DNA of 64,000 bases from an uncultured delta proteobacterium (GTDB lineage Bacteria; Myxococcota_A; Polyangia; Fen-1088). The notes under the pieces were generated by a model. It had not been told where the DNA came from. It made no database searches and was given only the letters and a program-made list of their open reading frames with translations. Positions 39,917 through 49,531 of the stretch are shown here, one piece after another (positions within the stretch are counted from its first letter, which is position 1; each line of letters begins with the position of its first letter). The DNA lies in NCBI GenBank assembly GCA_963767925.1, contig CAVYGB010000010.1:58606-122605 (forward strand). Direction: 5' to 3'. The translations under genes and the position numbers were made by a program.

Positions 39917-41881
39917 TCAGGGACCGGCCGAGGTCCAGATGCGGCCGTAGTTCGAGGGGACCGTGAGGCTGGTGGGCTGCCAGGCCTGGACGCCCGTCAG
40001 ATCGAGCGCCCCCCCGTGCAGCTCCTCCCGGAAACGTCCCCCGAAGGGAAACCAGAAGGGGACGGTCTGCTCGCTGTCGCCGGTGTTCAGCGCCACCAGC
40101 GTGTAGCTGGTGTCGGTGTAGCGGGCGAAGAGCAGCAGGCCCCGGCTCTGGTAGCGGTCCCAGTCGTCGAAGAAGAAGTGGGCCCCGGCCCGGAGCTGGG
40201 GCAGGTCCCGCCGCAAGCGCAGCAGGTCCCGCACCAGCTTGACGAGCCGCTTGCCCACCTCGTCGTAAAAGTAGTCCCAGCGCATGGGCCGCAGGAGCAT
40301 CACCCGCCCCAGGCCGTCGTTGGGCAGGAAGTAGTTCTCCCCCAGCTCCTGCCCCTGCCAGAGCAGGGGGATGCCCTTGCTGGCCAGCACGCCCATCAAG
40401 TAGGGCTGCACCTTGTACCAGAGGCCGCGGTCGCCCTCCCGGAACAGCGGGTTGCCGTCGCGCTCGGCGGTCCGGAAGTGGCAAACGAACCGCTCGTGGT
40501 CGTGGTTCTCGATGTATTGCAGGGGCGCCCGGGGCAAGGTGACGCCGTTGGTGGTCTGCTCGGTCGGGAAGCCGGCCGCGCCCAGCCGGTGGCCCAGGTC
40601 GGTCAGGCGCGCGCGATCGCCCCGGGCCACCGCCACCGCGGCGTCGTAGGTGCGGTTCTGCCAGGTCGAGGTGGTGTAGGTCTCGGAAAGCACCTGCTCG
40701 GGCGCCTCGAGCTGCTCGGCGCACTGGACGATGGCCGGCCGGTCGGCCTCCCCGAAGCGCCGCCAGGCGCTGGTGGGGCCGGCGGCGCCGAGCTCCCGAC
40801 GGGCCAGCTCGAAGGTCTCGTAGACCAGGCGGGCGTAGCCCTTCCCCATGGGCCCATCCCAGTAGTTGGGCACGCAGTCGTAGCGGAACCCGTCGACGTG
40901 ATAGACCTCGAGCCAGTGGCGGTTGACCGCCAGGAAGTAGTCCCGGGTGAGGGCCCGACCGAAATCGGTGCTGGCGCCGAAGTAGTCGGCCGCGCCGAAG
41001 GAGCCCATGAAGGGGTTCTCCCGGCCCAGCCGCCCGTACAGGTACTGGTACCCGAAGTCGTCGGCGGTGTGGCCAAAGACGGCGTCGACAACCACGGCGA
41101 TGCCGCGCTGGTGGGACTCGGCCACGAAGCGCTGGAAGTCGCGCCGCTTGCCGAATCGCTCGTCGATCCCGAAGTAGCCCAGGGGCAGGTACCCCCAGTC
41201 GACATCGAGGGCCACGTTGGACACCGGCATCACCTCGACCGCGTTGACCCCCAGGTCCTGCAGGTAGGCGAGTCGATCGATGGCGCCGGCGACGTCGCCC
41301 CCGAACTCGGCCAGGTTCAGCTCGTACAGCACCAGGTCGGCCAGCGGCGGGACCCGGTAGGCCGCCTCGACGGCGGCGTCCCAGGTGAAGTCCTGGTAGC
41401 CCAGGGTGAAGGCGGACAGCTTGCCCACCCCGAACTCCCGGGCGAATGGGTCGACAACCCAGTCGATCTCGCTGCCGTCGGGGCGCTGGAGGCAATAACG
41501 ATAGACGTAGCGCTGCTCGGCGCCCGACCGGCCCCAGGCCGACTCCGGCCGCAGCGGCGGCGTGGCGGCGATGTCGACGGCGGTCGACCAGTAGTCGCCG
41601 TAGGGGCTCTCCTGGGCGTGGGCGAGGGGGAAGACCTGGGCGGGGATGTGCTGCAGGAACTGGTCGGCCTCGTGGATGACCTTGACCCGCACGGCGTCCC
41701 CGCTCTGCGGCGAGATCCCGGGCAACCAGATCCCGAAGCGCACCTGCTGGCCGTCCTGGTGGGCGCCGACCTTCTTCATGTCGAGCTGGGCCGGCAGGGC
41801 CCGCCCCACCGCCGCCGCCCGCGCGTTGCGCGGAGCCGGCCCCCGCGTTCGCCCGATCTCGATCCTCTCGGCTTCGTTCAT
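39917..41881 (-). CDS. GH13 alpha-amylase-family glycoside hydrolase with an N-terminal CBM48-like module
   Basis: GH13 regions DAVFGHT, GFRYDCV, catalytic-loop-like motifs, and NHDHERF near the C-terminus; 654 aa. Confidence 0.8.
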   Translation of the reverse strand: MNEAERIEIGRTRGPAPRNARAAAVGRALPAQLDMKKVGAHQDGQQVRFGIWLPGISPQSGDAVRVKVIHEADQFLQHIPAQVFPLAHAQESPYGDYWSTAVDIAATPPLRPESAWGRSGAEQRYVYRYCLQRPDGSEIDWVVDPFAREFGVGKLSAFTLGYQDFTWDAAVEAAYRVPPLADLVLYELNLAEFGGDVAGAIDRLAYLQDLGVNAVEVMPVSNVALDVDWGYLPLGYFGIDERFGKRRDFQRFVAESHQRGIAVVVDAVFGHTADDFGYQYLYGRLGRENPFMGSFGAADYFGASTDFGRALTRDYFLAVNRHWLEVYHVDGFRYDCVPNYWDGPMGKGYARLVYETFELARRELGAAGPTSAWRRFGEADRPAIVQCAEQLEAPEQVLSETYTTSTWQNRTYDAAVAVARGDRARLTDLGHRLGAAGFPTEQTTNGVTLPRAPLQYIENHDHERFVCHFRTAERDGNPLFREGDRGLWYKVQPYLMGVLASKGIPLLWQGQELGENYFLPNDGLGRVMLLRPMRWDYFYDEVGKRLVKLVRDLLRLRRDLPQLRAGAHFFFDDWDRYQSRGLLLFARYTDTSYTLVALNTGDSEQTVPFWFPFGGRFREELHGGALDLTGVQAWQPTSLTVPSNYGRIWTSAGP

Positions 41882-42100
41882 CGCCCTGCCTCCCCGTTCC
41901 GATAACGGCCGACCGCCCGCTTGTTCCCGCTCGGGGCCGAACGATCAGAATCCGCCGGCTAGAATACGCCGCCCCTCGGTGCCCGCGTAGTCGGGATAGC
42001 CCCGAAGCGCGGGCGGCGGGCCGGAGGTCGGTGGCGAGGGGGTCATCCCCCTACCCGCCGGCAGTTGACCAGCGGGCCAGACCGCACCCACAGTGCTGGG

Positions 42101-43489
42101 ATGGGTGGCGAGCCGACAGCGCTGGACTGCGACGCGATAATCCTGGGGTCCGGGCAGGCCGGGGTGCCGCTCGCGACAAAGCTGGCCGCCAAGGGGCGGC
42201 GCGTGGTGGTCATCGAGGCGGCCGCCCCGGGGGGGACCTGTGTCAACACCGGCTGCACGCCCACCAAGACCCTCATCGCGAGCGCCCGGGCGGCGCACGT
42301 GGCCCGCACCGCCGCGCGGCTGGGGGTGCACACCGCCGAGGTGACGGTCGACTTCGCGGCGGTGATGGCCCGCAAGAACGCCATCGTGGCCCGCTGGCGG
42401 GAGGGCGTGGAGCGGCGGCTCGGGGGGGACGGCATCACCCTGCTGCGCGGCCGCGGGCGCTTCGTGGGCCCCCGCACCGTCGAGATCGACGGCCGCCGGG
42501 TGCGCGCCCCGCTGGTCGTCATCAACGTGGGGGGACGGCCGGCCGCGCCCCACCTGCCCGGGCTCGAGCGGGTCCCCTGGCTGGATCACGCCGGGCTGCT
42601 CGACGTGCGGACCCTGCCGTCGCACCTCATCATCGTGGGGGCCGGGTACATCGGCTGCGAGATGGCGCAGCTCTTCCGCCGGCTCGGATCGGCCGTCACG
42701 GTGGTCGGGCGCCAGCCGCACCTCCTGCCCCGGGAGGACGAGGACGTCTCGAGCGTGCTCGAGGAGGTGTTCCGGGGCGAAGGGATCGATCTGCGGCTGG
42801 GGAGCCAGATCGAGGCGCTCGAGCCCGGGAGCAACCAGGGCGCCGCCGTGCGGGCCCACCTCGGCGGCGGGACCGAGCTGCGGGGATCGCACCTGCTGCT
42901 GGCCCTGGGCCGGCGGCCCAACACCGACGGCCTCGGCTGCGAGGCGGCTGGCATCGCCCTCACCGGCGACGGGCACGTGCAGGTCGACGATCGCTACCGG
43001 ACCAGCGCGGAGGGCGTCCACGCCGTGGGCGACGTCATCCCGGGCCCCCAGTTTACCCACGTGAGCTGGGACGACCACCGGCGCCTGCTGGCCATCCTCG
43101 AGGGCCGTTCGCAGGTGGGTCGCTCGGAGGCGGTCGTCCCGAGCTGCGTGTTCACCGATCCCCAGGTGGCGGCGGTCGGGCCGAACGAGCGGCAAGCCCG
43201 CGCGCAGGGGCTGCGCTACGAGGTGGCCACCTTGCCCTGGAAGAACATCGCCCGCGCCACCGAGACCGACGAGACCGCGGGCCTGATAAAGGTGCTCATC
43301 GCGCCCGACACCGAGCAGATCCTCGGAGCCCGGCTGGTCGGAGCGGAGGCGGGCGAGCTCCTTCACGTCTTCTCCGCCCTGATGGTGGCCAGAGCCTCGG
43401 CCCGCACCCTGGTGGACGGCCAGATCGCCCACCCCACCCTCGCCGAGGGCTTGCAGTCCGTCCTGACGAAGCTGCCCCGCTTCGCTTGA
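42101..43489 (+). CDS. Pyridine nucleotide-disulfide oxidoreductase (mercuric-reductase / dihydrolipoamide-dehydrogenase family)
   Basis: FAD-binding DAIILGSGQAGV; redox-active disulfide GGTCVNTGCTPTK; NAD-binding IIVGAGYIGCE; C-terminal dimerisation domain with the conserved HPT (...QIAHPTLAEGL). Confidence 0.85.
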   Translation: MGGEPTALDCDAIILGSGQAGVPLATKLAAKGRRVVVIEAAAPGGTCVNTGCTPTKTLIASARAAHVARTAARLGVHTAEVTVDFAAVMARKNAIVARWREGVERRLGGDGITLLRGRGRFVGPRTVEIDGRRVRAPLVVINVGGRPAAPHLPGLERVPWLDHAGLLDVRTLPSHLIIVGAGYIGCEMAQLFRRLGSAVTVVGRQPHLLPREDEDVSSVLEEVFRGEGIDLRLGSQIEALEPGSNQGAAVRAHLGGGTELRGSHLLLALGRRPNTDGLGCEAAGIALTGDGHVQVDDRYRTSAEGVHAVGDVIPGPQFTHVSWDDHRRLLAILEGRSQVGRSEAVVPSCVFTDPQVAAVGPNERQARAQGLRYEVATLPWKNIARATETDETAGLIKVLIAPDTEQILGARLVGAEAGELLHVFSALMVARASARTLVDGQIAHPTLAEGLQSVLTKLPRFA

Positions 43490-43628
43490 GCTCCCGTCTC
43501 CCGGTGGGACGGCGGCGGTGGCGGCACGAATCGTGCCTTACACACCCCGGATGGAGGAGACAGGCGGCGGGGTCGGAGGGGGGCGATTTGATCCATAATG
43601 GATCCGAACGTTCGCCCCCTCGCTCCCG

Positions 43629-44486
43629 ATGAACGCCCTGCTCCTCACCACCCTCCTGCTGGCGGGTCCCGACGCTGCGGTCGATGCGCCTGTCGCTCCG
43701 GCGGAGCCGGTCCTCTCCATGGCCGACGCCACCATCACCTCCTCGCTGAGCGGGGCGCTCGCCCGGGAGCCCGACGGCGCGGTGCTGTCGGCGCTGGCGG
43801 GGCGAATTTTCATGTGGCACGTCGACCTCAACAAGGAGATCGAGCGGGGGGATCGGGTGCGCCTGCTCTACTACCGGGACGGGGCCGGGGACCTCATCGT
43901 CGCGGCCGCGCGCTACCGGTCGGCCCGCAAGGGGACCACCTTCGACGCCTTTCGCTTCCAGGCCACCGGCGACATCGCGCCGAGCTACTGGGACGCCGAC
44001 GGCAAAGAGGTCCCGGAGCGGCTCCGCGACGGGCCCCTGCGCAGCTACGATCAGATCACCGCCCTCCTCAAGGATCGACCGACCCACCGGGGGATGGACT
44101 TCAAGGCGCCCATCGGGACACCGGTCCACGCCCACCGGACCGGCACCGTGAGCCGGGTGAACTGGCGGCGGGGGGGCAACGGCATGTGCCTCGAGATCCG
44201 GTTCGGCGACGGCACCCTGGCCAAGTACCTGCACCTGTCGGCCATCTCGGCCCGCCGCGGGCAGCGGGTGAAACCGGGAGACCGGGTGGCGCTCACCGGA
44301 AACACCGGGCGGTCGACGGCGCCCCATCTGCACTACCAGCTCGAGCGGGGCAGCCGCACCGTCGACCCGCTCGACTACCACGGCACCTACCGCCGCGCGC
44401 TCACGCCCCCGGACCGCGCCTCGTTTTCGCTCGAGCGGCGCCGCTTGCTGGCCCGCCTGCAGCAGCCCGGCGCGCCCGATCGCTGA
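43629..44486 (+). CDS. M23-family metallopeptidase (secreted)
   Basis: Signal peptide; HRGMDF...G.PV.A...G.V (the HxxxD motif) and ...H...HLHYQL (HxH) typical of LytM/M23. Confidence 0.8.
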   Translation: MNALLLTTLLLAGPDAAVDAPVAPAEPVLSMADATITSSLSGALAREPDGAVLSALAGRIFMWHVDLNKEIERGDRVRLLYYRDGAGDLIVAAARYRSARKGTTFDAFRFQATGDIAPSYWDADGKEVPERLRDGPLRSYDQITALLKDRPTHRGMDFKAPIGTPVHAHRTGTVSRVNWRRGGNGMCLEIRFGDGTLAKYLHLSAISARRGQRVKPGDRVALTGNTGRSTAPHLHYQLERGSRTVDPLDYHGTYRRALTPPDRASFSLERRRLLARLQQPGAPDR

Positions 44487-44979
44487 CACCGTCAGCCGAT
44501 CCCGCGGGCCGCGGGCGGCCGCGCCGCCAGAGGATCTCCAGGTGGCCGGGGGCCACCAGGTCGGGGAGGCGACCGACCCGCTCGAAGCCGAGCGCCCGGT
44601 AGAAGCGAGCGGCGGCCCGGTTCTCCCGGGCGGACGAGGTGTAGAGCCAGCGCGCCCCCGCGAACACCCGGACGGCGGCGTCCTCCACCAGGGCGCGCCC
44701 GATCCCCTGCCCGGCCTCGGCGGCGGGTACCGCCAGCAGGGCGATGAACCCGCCCAGCAGCACCTGCGGCTGCACCACGATGATCCCCACGACGCGCGCG
44801 CCGGCCCCCCGCCCCTGGACCGCCACCCGCACCCAGCCCTCGGCCGATCGGCGGGCCAGCCAGCGCCCCAGCCCGTCGGCCCGGTACCCCAGCGACCGCC
44901 AGGGCTCCGCGGCCACGATCCAGCGCGCCTGGCGGCGGGCCTCGCCGGGGCGGGCCCGGCGGATGCGGGTGGCCTTCAC
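44401..44979 (-). CDS. GNAT-family N-acetyltransferase
   Basis: Q/RxxGxG/A-like motif (AGQGIGRALVEDA) and FYRALGFERVG. The 3' end overlaps the M23 gene by about 86 nt; the low-complexity tail suggests an uncertain true stop. Confidence 0.6.
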   Translation of the reverse strand: MKATRIRRARPGEARRQARWIVAAEPWRSLGYRADGLGRWLARRSAEGWVRVAVQGRGAGARVVGIIVVQPQVLLGGFIALLAVPAAEAGQGIGRALVEDAAVRVFAGARWLYTSSARENRAAARFYRALGFERVGRLPDLVAPGHLEILWRRGRPRPAGSADGVSDRARRAAAGGPASGAARAKTRRGPGA

Positions 44980-45028
44980 GACCGGCGAGCTTGCCCCCCG
45001 GCGGCGGGGCCGGTCGAGGACAAACCGC

Positions 45029-45817
45029 TCACGGGTGGTCGGCCGCGGTCAGGGCGGGCGGCGGCGGCACCCGCTTGCGGTAGCGGCGGGGCTGGGCCTG
45101 GACGATGGTGGCGTCGGGCAGGCGCAGCAGCTCCGAGACCCGCACGAAGCCGAAGCCCCGCTCGCGCAGCCGGCGGATGATCTCGGGCAGCGCCTTCTTC
45201 GTCTCCGGGCCCCGCCCGTTGATGTGGAAGATCACGATCGACCCGGGCTGCACGGCGGCGGTCACCCCCTCCACCATCCGCCGGGCGCTGACGTAGCCGC
45301 CCGCGTCCTGCGAGACGACGTCCCACAGGACGATGGGGCGGCCCCCGGTCTGGAAGGGGAGCCAGGCCGCCCAGTCCCCGAAGGGCGGCCGGAAGCCAAC
45401 CGACTGCCGGTCGAGCGAGGCGATGATCCGATCGGTCCGCTCGATGTCGGCGCGGGCCTGCTCCATGGTGAGCCTCGAGAAGGCCGGGTGATCGTAGGAG
45501 TGGTTGCCGAGCTCGATGAGCGGCTCGCTGGCCAGGGCCAGCGCCTCTTGCCGGTGGGTCTCGACCCAGCGGCCCGAGACGAACACGGTGGCCGGGACCT
45601 CCTCGTCCTGCAGGATCTCGAACACGTCGCTGTCGAAGCCGCGCGGGCCGCGCTGGGTGGGACAGGCGTCGAAGGTCAAGGCCACCACCGGCTGGCGGGT
45701 GGTCACGGCGGCGATGGCGCTGGCGGCGCTCCCCGGTCCTGTCACCCGCTCGCCGGCGGCGACCGGCGCGGCGCCGGCCAGCAGCAGCACCAGCAGCCCG
45801 AGCCTTCGCCACCCCAT
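45029..45817 (-). CDS. Polysaccharide deacetylase (NodB/CE4 family), secreted
   Basis: Signal peptide; TFD(A/D)..., HSYDHP, and the family pattern through GSIVIFH. Confidence 0.8.
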   Translation of the reverse strand: MGWRRLGLLVLLLAGAAPVAAGERVTGPGSAASAIAAVTTRQPVVALTFDACPTQRGPRGFDSDVFEILQDEEVPATVFVSGRWVETHRQEALALASEPLIELGNHSYDHPAFSRLTMEQARADIERTDRIIASLDRQSVGFRPPFGDWAAWLPFQTGGRPIVLWDVVSQDAGGYVSARRMVEGVTAAVQPGSIVIFHINGRGPETKKALPEIIRRLRERGFGFVRVSELLRLPDATIVQAQPRRYRKRVPPPPALTAADHP

Positions 45818-45866
45818 GGGTGACGTTTCGACCGGAAATGGCGCGCCGTTTATGTAGTATGCGTAC

Positions 45867-46712
45867 TTACAATTTTTCTGACTTATTCATGTCGGCCTCC
45901 AGCACCGCCAGGTTGCGCGCAAGCCCCGGCAGGGTCGGCTGCAAGGCGTGGGCGGTGCGGTAGGCCCGGTGGGCCTCGGCGAGGCGGCCCAGCATGTGCT
46001 CGACAAGGCCGATGCTGGCATGGGCCTCGGCGAAGGTGGGAAAGTCGGCCGCCGCGCGCCGGTAGCGGGCCAGCGCCTCCTGGGTGCGGCCGCGCTCGCG
46101 CAGCTCGTTGGCCAGGTTGAAGCGCAGGACGGCCGCCACCTCGGGCGGGGTGAGCGGGCGCAGGTAGGCCGCGCCGGCCGCGGGCACCGCGTATTTGCTG
46201 CGATACCAGCTATCGGGCATCGGCTCGCCCTGGCGCAGCAGCTCGACGTTGGCCAGGCCGGGCCCGGCCCCGTCGCGCACGCGCACGAAGAAGTGGCCCG
46301 GCACCAGCACGCCGACCGCCGGCACCCCGGCCGCTTCGGCCAGCGCCAGGTACAGGCTGCCGAGGCCCACGCAGGTCCCCCGCCGCTCGCGCACGACCCC
46401 GGGCAGCAGCATGAAGCGGGCCTGCTGGCTGGTGATCTCGCGCTCGAACCGGCCCTCTTCGAACAGCAGCCGCCGGAACACCTCGGCCGGGCGGTCCCCC
46501 CGGCGCAGGGCCGGCTTCGCGCGCTCCACCATCCGGCCCAGCTCGGCCCGGGTCAGGTCCGCCGTCGCCGCGCTCAGGTCCCCCGTCTCGAGCGCCACCT
46601 CCAGCAGGGCCGACAGGGCGGGTCCGGGCGGCGGCTGCCGGCGGCAACCGGCCAGCAGGCCCAGCAGCAGCGCCAGCAGGGCCGCCTGGGGGACGCGGGG
46701 GACGCGCATCAC
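45867..46712 (-). CDS. Lipoprotein with transglutaminase-like core and TPR-like C-terminal region
   Basis: Lipobox LLAGC; GTCVGLGSLYLAL (Cys-protease-like transglutaminase motif) ...GHFFVRV; C-terminal TPR-like helices (QEALARYRRAAADFPTFAEAHASIG). Its ATG overlaps the stop of the upstream gene by 4 nt. Confidence 0.55.
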   Translation of the reverse strand: MMRVPRVPQAALLALLLGLLAGCRRQPPPGPALSALLEVALETGDLSAATADLTRAELGRMVERAKPALRRGDRPAEVFRRLLFEEGRFEREITSQQARFMLLPGVVRERRGTCVGLGSLYLALAEAAGVPAVGVLVPGHFFVRVRDGAGPGLANVELLRQGEPMPDSWYRSKYAVPAAGAAYLRPLTPPEVAAVLRFNLANELRERGRTQEALARYRRAAADFPTFAEAHASIGLVEHMLGRLAEAHRAYRTAHALQPTLPGLARNLAVLEADMNKSEKL

Positions 46713-48751
46713 TTCGCCGCGGCGAGCGGCTCCCAGTCCTCCCAGTAGTTGTACAGATCGCGCGCCGTCATCATCCAGACCACGAGGCGCTTGTTCTTGA
46801 GCTCCTCGGTCCCCCGGCGCATCAGCTTGTGCCGGACGTTGGGCCCGCCGCCGTAGCTCATCACGAGATCGACCGGGTAGCCGAGGGCGCGGGCCAGGTG
46901 GGCCGACACGCCGGCGTGCTCGCAGTCGGTGAGCTGGTAGACGCCGGTGAAGCTGTCACCGAGGAGGACGATGGGGCTGCCGGCGTCGTCGTCGTAGGGC
47001 GCCCCGTCGGCGTTGAGGACCCGCAGCCCGGTCAGCGCCTCGGGCTTGAAGCGCTTCTTGTCCGCTTCGCGCAGGCGGGAGTGCAGATCCCCGTAGCGCG
47101 TGAAGGGGACCTCCAGGGTGGAGTAGCTGCGCGCGCGGGTGGCCAGCTCGGCGTACCAGGGGTAGCGCTTGATCCGGTCGGCCACCGCGGCGGCGGCCAG
47201 CTCCAGGCCGGCGCTGGTCCAGTGGGTGTCCTGGTGCTGGAAGATGGCCGGGCCGTCGCCCCGCCGGCGGGCCAGGAAAGGTGGCCACAGGTCCACCACC
47301 TCCACCCCCGCCTCGGCCAGGGCGAGCAGCAGCTTGCGCGAGAAGGGGTTGACCAGCTTCCCGGCCAGGGCGGCGTTGGCCGGGTCGAGCTTGTCCGGAT
47401 AGACCTCGACCTTGTCCGGGACGGGCACGAACAGGAAGTCGACCCCCTGCTTGGCGAGGAAGTTCTTCCACTCGACGATGACCGAGAGGGGGCTCTTCTT
47501 GCGCGGCTGCCGCTCGAGGTCGCCGCCCACCGCGTATTCGAGCGAGGCCCGGTAAAACAGGTAGCCGTCCTGGCCGGGCAGTCCCTTGATGGCGGGGGGC
47601 GCCGAGCGCAGGTGCTTGCGCACGACGGTGGCGAAGGGCAGCACCCGCTTGCGCCAGCTCTCCCAGGAGCCGCCGCCCACCTCCTTGACCTCGCGCCGGA
47701 TCGCCTCCGCCACCCGCCCGGGGTCGGCGCTGGTGCGCCCGGGGCTGAGGCGAAGGGCGGCCGTCGACGAGGAAGCGGCGGTCGCCTTGGGGCCGATCCC
47801 CTTGACCAGGAAGACGTTGTAGACCGCCCGGCCCTCGGGCTTGCCTCGCATCACCACGGTCGGCGCCTCGACGCTGTAGTCGCCGAGCGAGCCCCGTACC
47901 TCCGCCTCGGTCTGATCGTCGGGCCAGCGCGGGCCCGACCCGGCGAGGTCGGTGTTGTACGAGGGGTACCAGTAAGAGGCGAGCTTGTGGGCCCAGGCGT
48001 GCACCTCGGCCGGGGCCAGCGGCTTGCCCGCGTAGTCGTCGAGGAGCAGGGCGGCCGCGGCGGCCGGGAAGAGATCCGGGCGGGCCCGGCCGTAGATCTC
48101 GGCGTAGCCATCGCCGTCCTCGTCGGGCAGCTCGGAGAGCCCTTGCCACCAGGGGGCAAACTCGACCTTGACCCAGAGCTGGCGGGGCTGGCCGCCCCCC
48201 GGATCGTGCAGGTAGACCTCGCTGGCCTGCTGGCGGGGCAGCGGCGGCCCGGCGCCCAGCCCCCAGCTCTCCTCGCGGACGGCCGAGGAGATCTCCTCGA
48301 CCCCCTCGGCCAGCTTGGCGTTCTTCTCGGCCAGCCACTGGGCCAGGGGCGCCAGGGCCATCGGGCGGGCGCGCTCGCCGTCCGAGAGGGGCGTCTTGCG
48401 GATCGACCCGGTCAAGGTGGCCGGATCGAGCACGCCCCGGAACAGCTCGCTCGGGCTGATGCGCGGCCGGCCCGGGGCGGCCTCCCCCTCGGGGGCCGGC
48501 TCGGCGATGAGGAAGTTGGCGTGGTAGGCGGCGAAGTCGAGGTTGGCCCGGGTGGGCCGATCGATCTCGCGCACCAGCACCTGGGCGTCGACCCGCCGGT
48601 AGCGGGGGCTCACGGTGCGCACCTCCGCGTGCCGCGCCGGCACCACCTCGCCCCCGCTGGACCAGGGCGACCGGGCGGCCCCCGAGGCGCAGGCCAGGCC
48701 CGCGATGCCGATGCTGAACCCGAGGAAGATGCGGCTGTTCATGCTGTCCAT
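46709..48751 (-). CDS. AlgX/AlgJ-like SGNH-fold protein (putative polysaccharide O-acetyltransferase/esterase) with an N-terminal domain of unknown function
   Basis: QHQDTHWT (DxHW[ST] AlgX/AlgJ signature) and GDSFTG (SGNH block-I-like) in the C-terminal half; signal/lipobox-like N-terminus (IAGLACASG). Confidence 0.55.
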   Translation of the reverse strand: MDSMNSRIFLGFSIGIAGLACASGAARSPWSSGGEVVPARHAEVRTVSPRYRRVDAQVLVREIDRPTRANLDFAAYHANFLIAEPAPEGEAAPGRPRISPSELFRGVLDPATLTGSIRKTPLSDGERARPMALAPLAQWLAEKNAKLAEGVEEISSAVREESWGLGAGPPLPRQQASEVYLHDPGGGQPRQLWVKVEFAPWWQGLSELPDEDGDGYAEIYGRARPDLFPAAAAALLLDDYAGKPLAPAEVHAWAHKLASYWYPSYNTDLAGSGPRWPDDQTEAEVRGSLGDYSVEAPTVVMRGKPEGRAVYNVFLVKGIGPKATAASSSTAALRLSPGRTSADPGRVAEAIRREVKEVGGGSWESWRKRVLPFATVVRKHLRSAPPAIKGLPGQDGYLFYRASLEYAVGGDLERQPRKKSPLSVIVEWKNFLAKQGVDFLFVPVPDKVEVYPDKLDPANAALAGKLVNPFSRKLLLALAEAGVEVVDLWPPFLARRRGDGPAIFQHQDTHWTSAGLELAAAAVADRIKRYPWYAELATRARSYSTLEVPFTRYGDLHSRLREADKKRFKPEALTGLRVLNADGAPYDDDAGSPIVLLGDSFTGVYQLTDCEHAGVSAHLARALGYPVDLVMSYGGGPNVRHKLMRRGTEELKNKRLVVWMMTARDLYNYWEDWEPLAAAK

Positions 48752-48778
48752 GGAGACCTCGTTCGATGGGCCCGCGCC

Positions 48779-49531
48779 TCAGGCGCGGGCGGGAAGATCC
48801 TCGGGAGCGACCGGCCCCCGGTAGTCGCCGCGCCGATAGCGCCAGAGGACGCGCAGGACGCGCAGCCCGTAGCGCAGCGGGCGCAGGTGGGAGACCTCGT
48901 CGCCGTAGTGGGTGGGGATCGGCGCCTCGCCGACCCGCAGGCCGGCGGCGCGGGCCGAGGCGATGACCTCCAGGTCGAAGTCGAAGCTGTCCGACAGCTC
49001 GGGAAAGCGAATCCGCGCCAGCGCACGGGGGCCGTATACCAGATAACCGCTGTGGTAGTCGCTGAGGTGCAGCCCGAAGGTGAGGTTCTCGAGCCGGTTG
49101 AGCCCGGCGTTGGCCAGGTACTTGTAGAGCGGCATGCCCCCGGACAGGGCGGTGCCCGAAGCGATGCGCGATCCCTGCAGCAGGTCGAGCCCCCTGCCCT
49201 GCAGCTCGCGCAGCAGCCGGCCGAGCACCTCGGGGCTGTACTGGCCGTCGGCGTGCACGCCGGCCACCGTGCTGGCGCCGGCGGCCAGGGCGGCGGCCAG
49301 CCCGTCTTTCATGGCGGCGCCGTAGCCCCCGTTGCGAGGGCGGCGGATCAGGCGGAGGCGCGGCTCGACGGCGGCGAGCCGGGCGGCCACCGCGGCGGTG
49401 TCGTCGCCGCTGCCGTCATCGACGACGATGATCCCGCCCAGCTCCGGGGGGGCCGTTCGTACCAGGCGGTCGATCACGCCGGGCAGGTGGCGGGAGGCCT
49501 GATAGGCCGGGACCACCACCTGCAGGCTCAC
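48779..49531 (-). CDS. GT2-family glycosyltransferase (Dpm1/ArnC-like polyprenyl-phosphate sugar transferase)
   Basis: VVVPAYQ...VVDDGSGDDT...GYGAAMKDGL(A)...HADGQY (DxD/QxxRW-like layout). Its GTG start overlaps the upstream stop (GTGA). Confidence 0.7.
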   Translation of the reverse strand: MSLQVVVPAYQASRHLPGVIDRLVRTAPPELGGIIVVDDGSGDDTAAVAARLAAVEPRLRLIRRPRNGGYGAAMKDGLAAALAAGASTVAGVHADGQYSPEVLGRLLRELQGRGLDLLQGSRIASGTALSGGMPLYKYLANAGLNRLENLTFGLHLSDYHSGYLVYGPRALARIRFPELSDSFDFDLEVIASARAAGLRVGEAPIPTHYGDEVSHLRPLRYGLRVLRVLWRYRRGDYRGPVAPEDLPARA

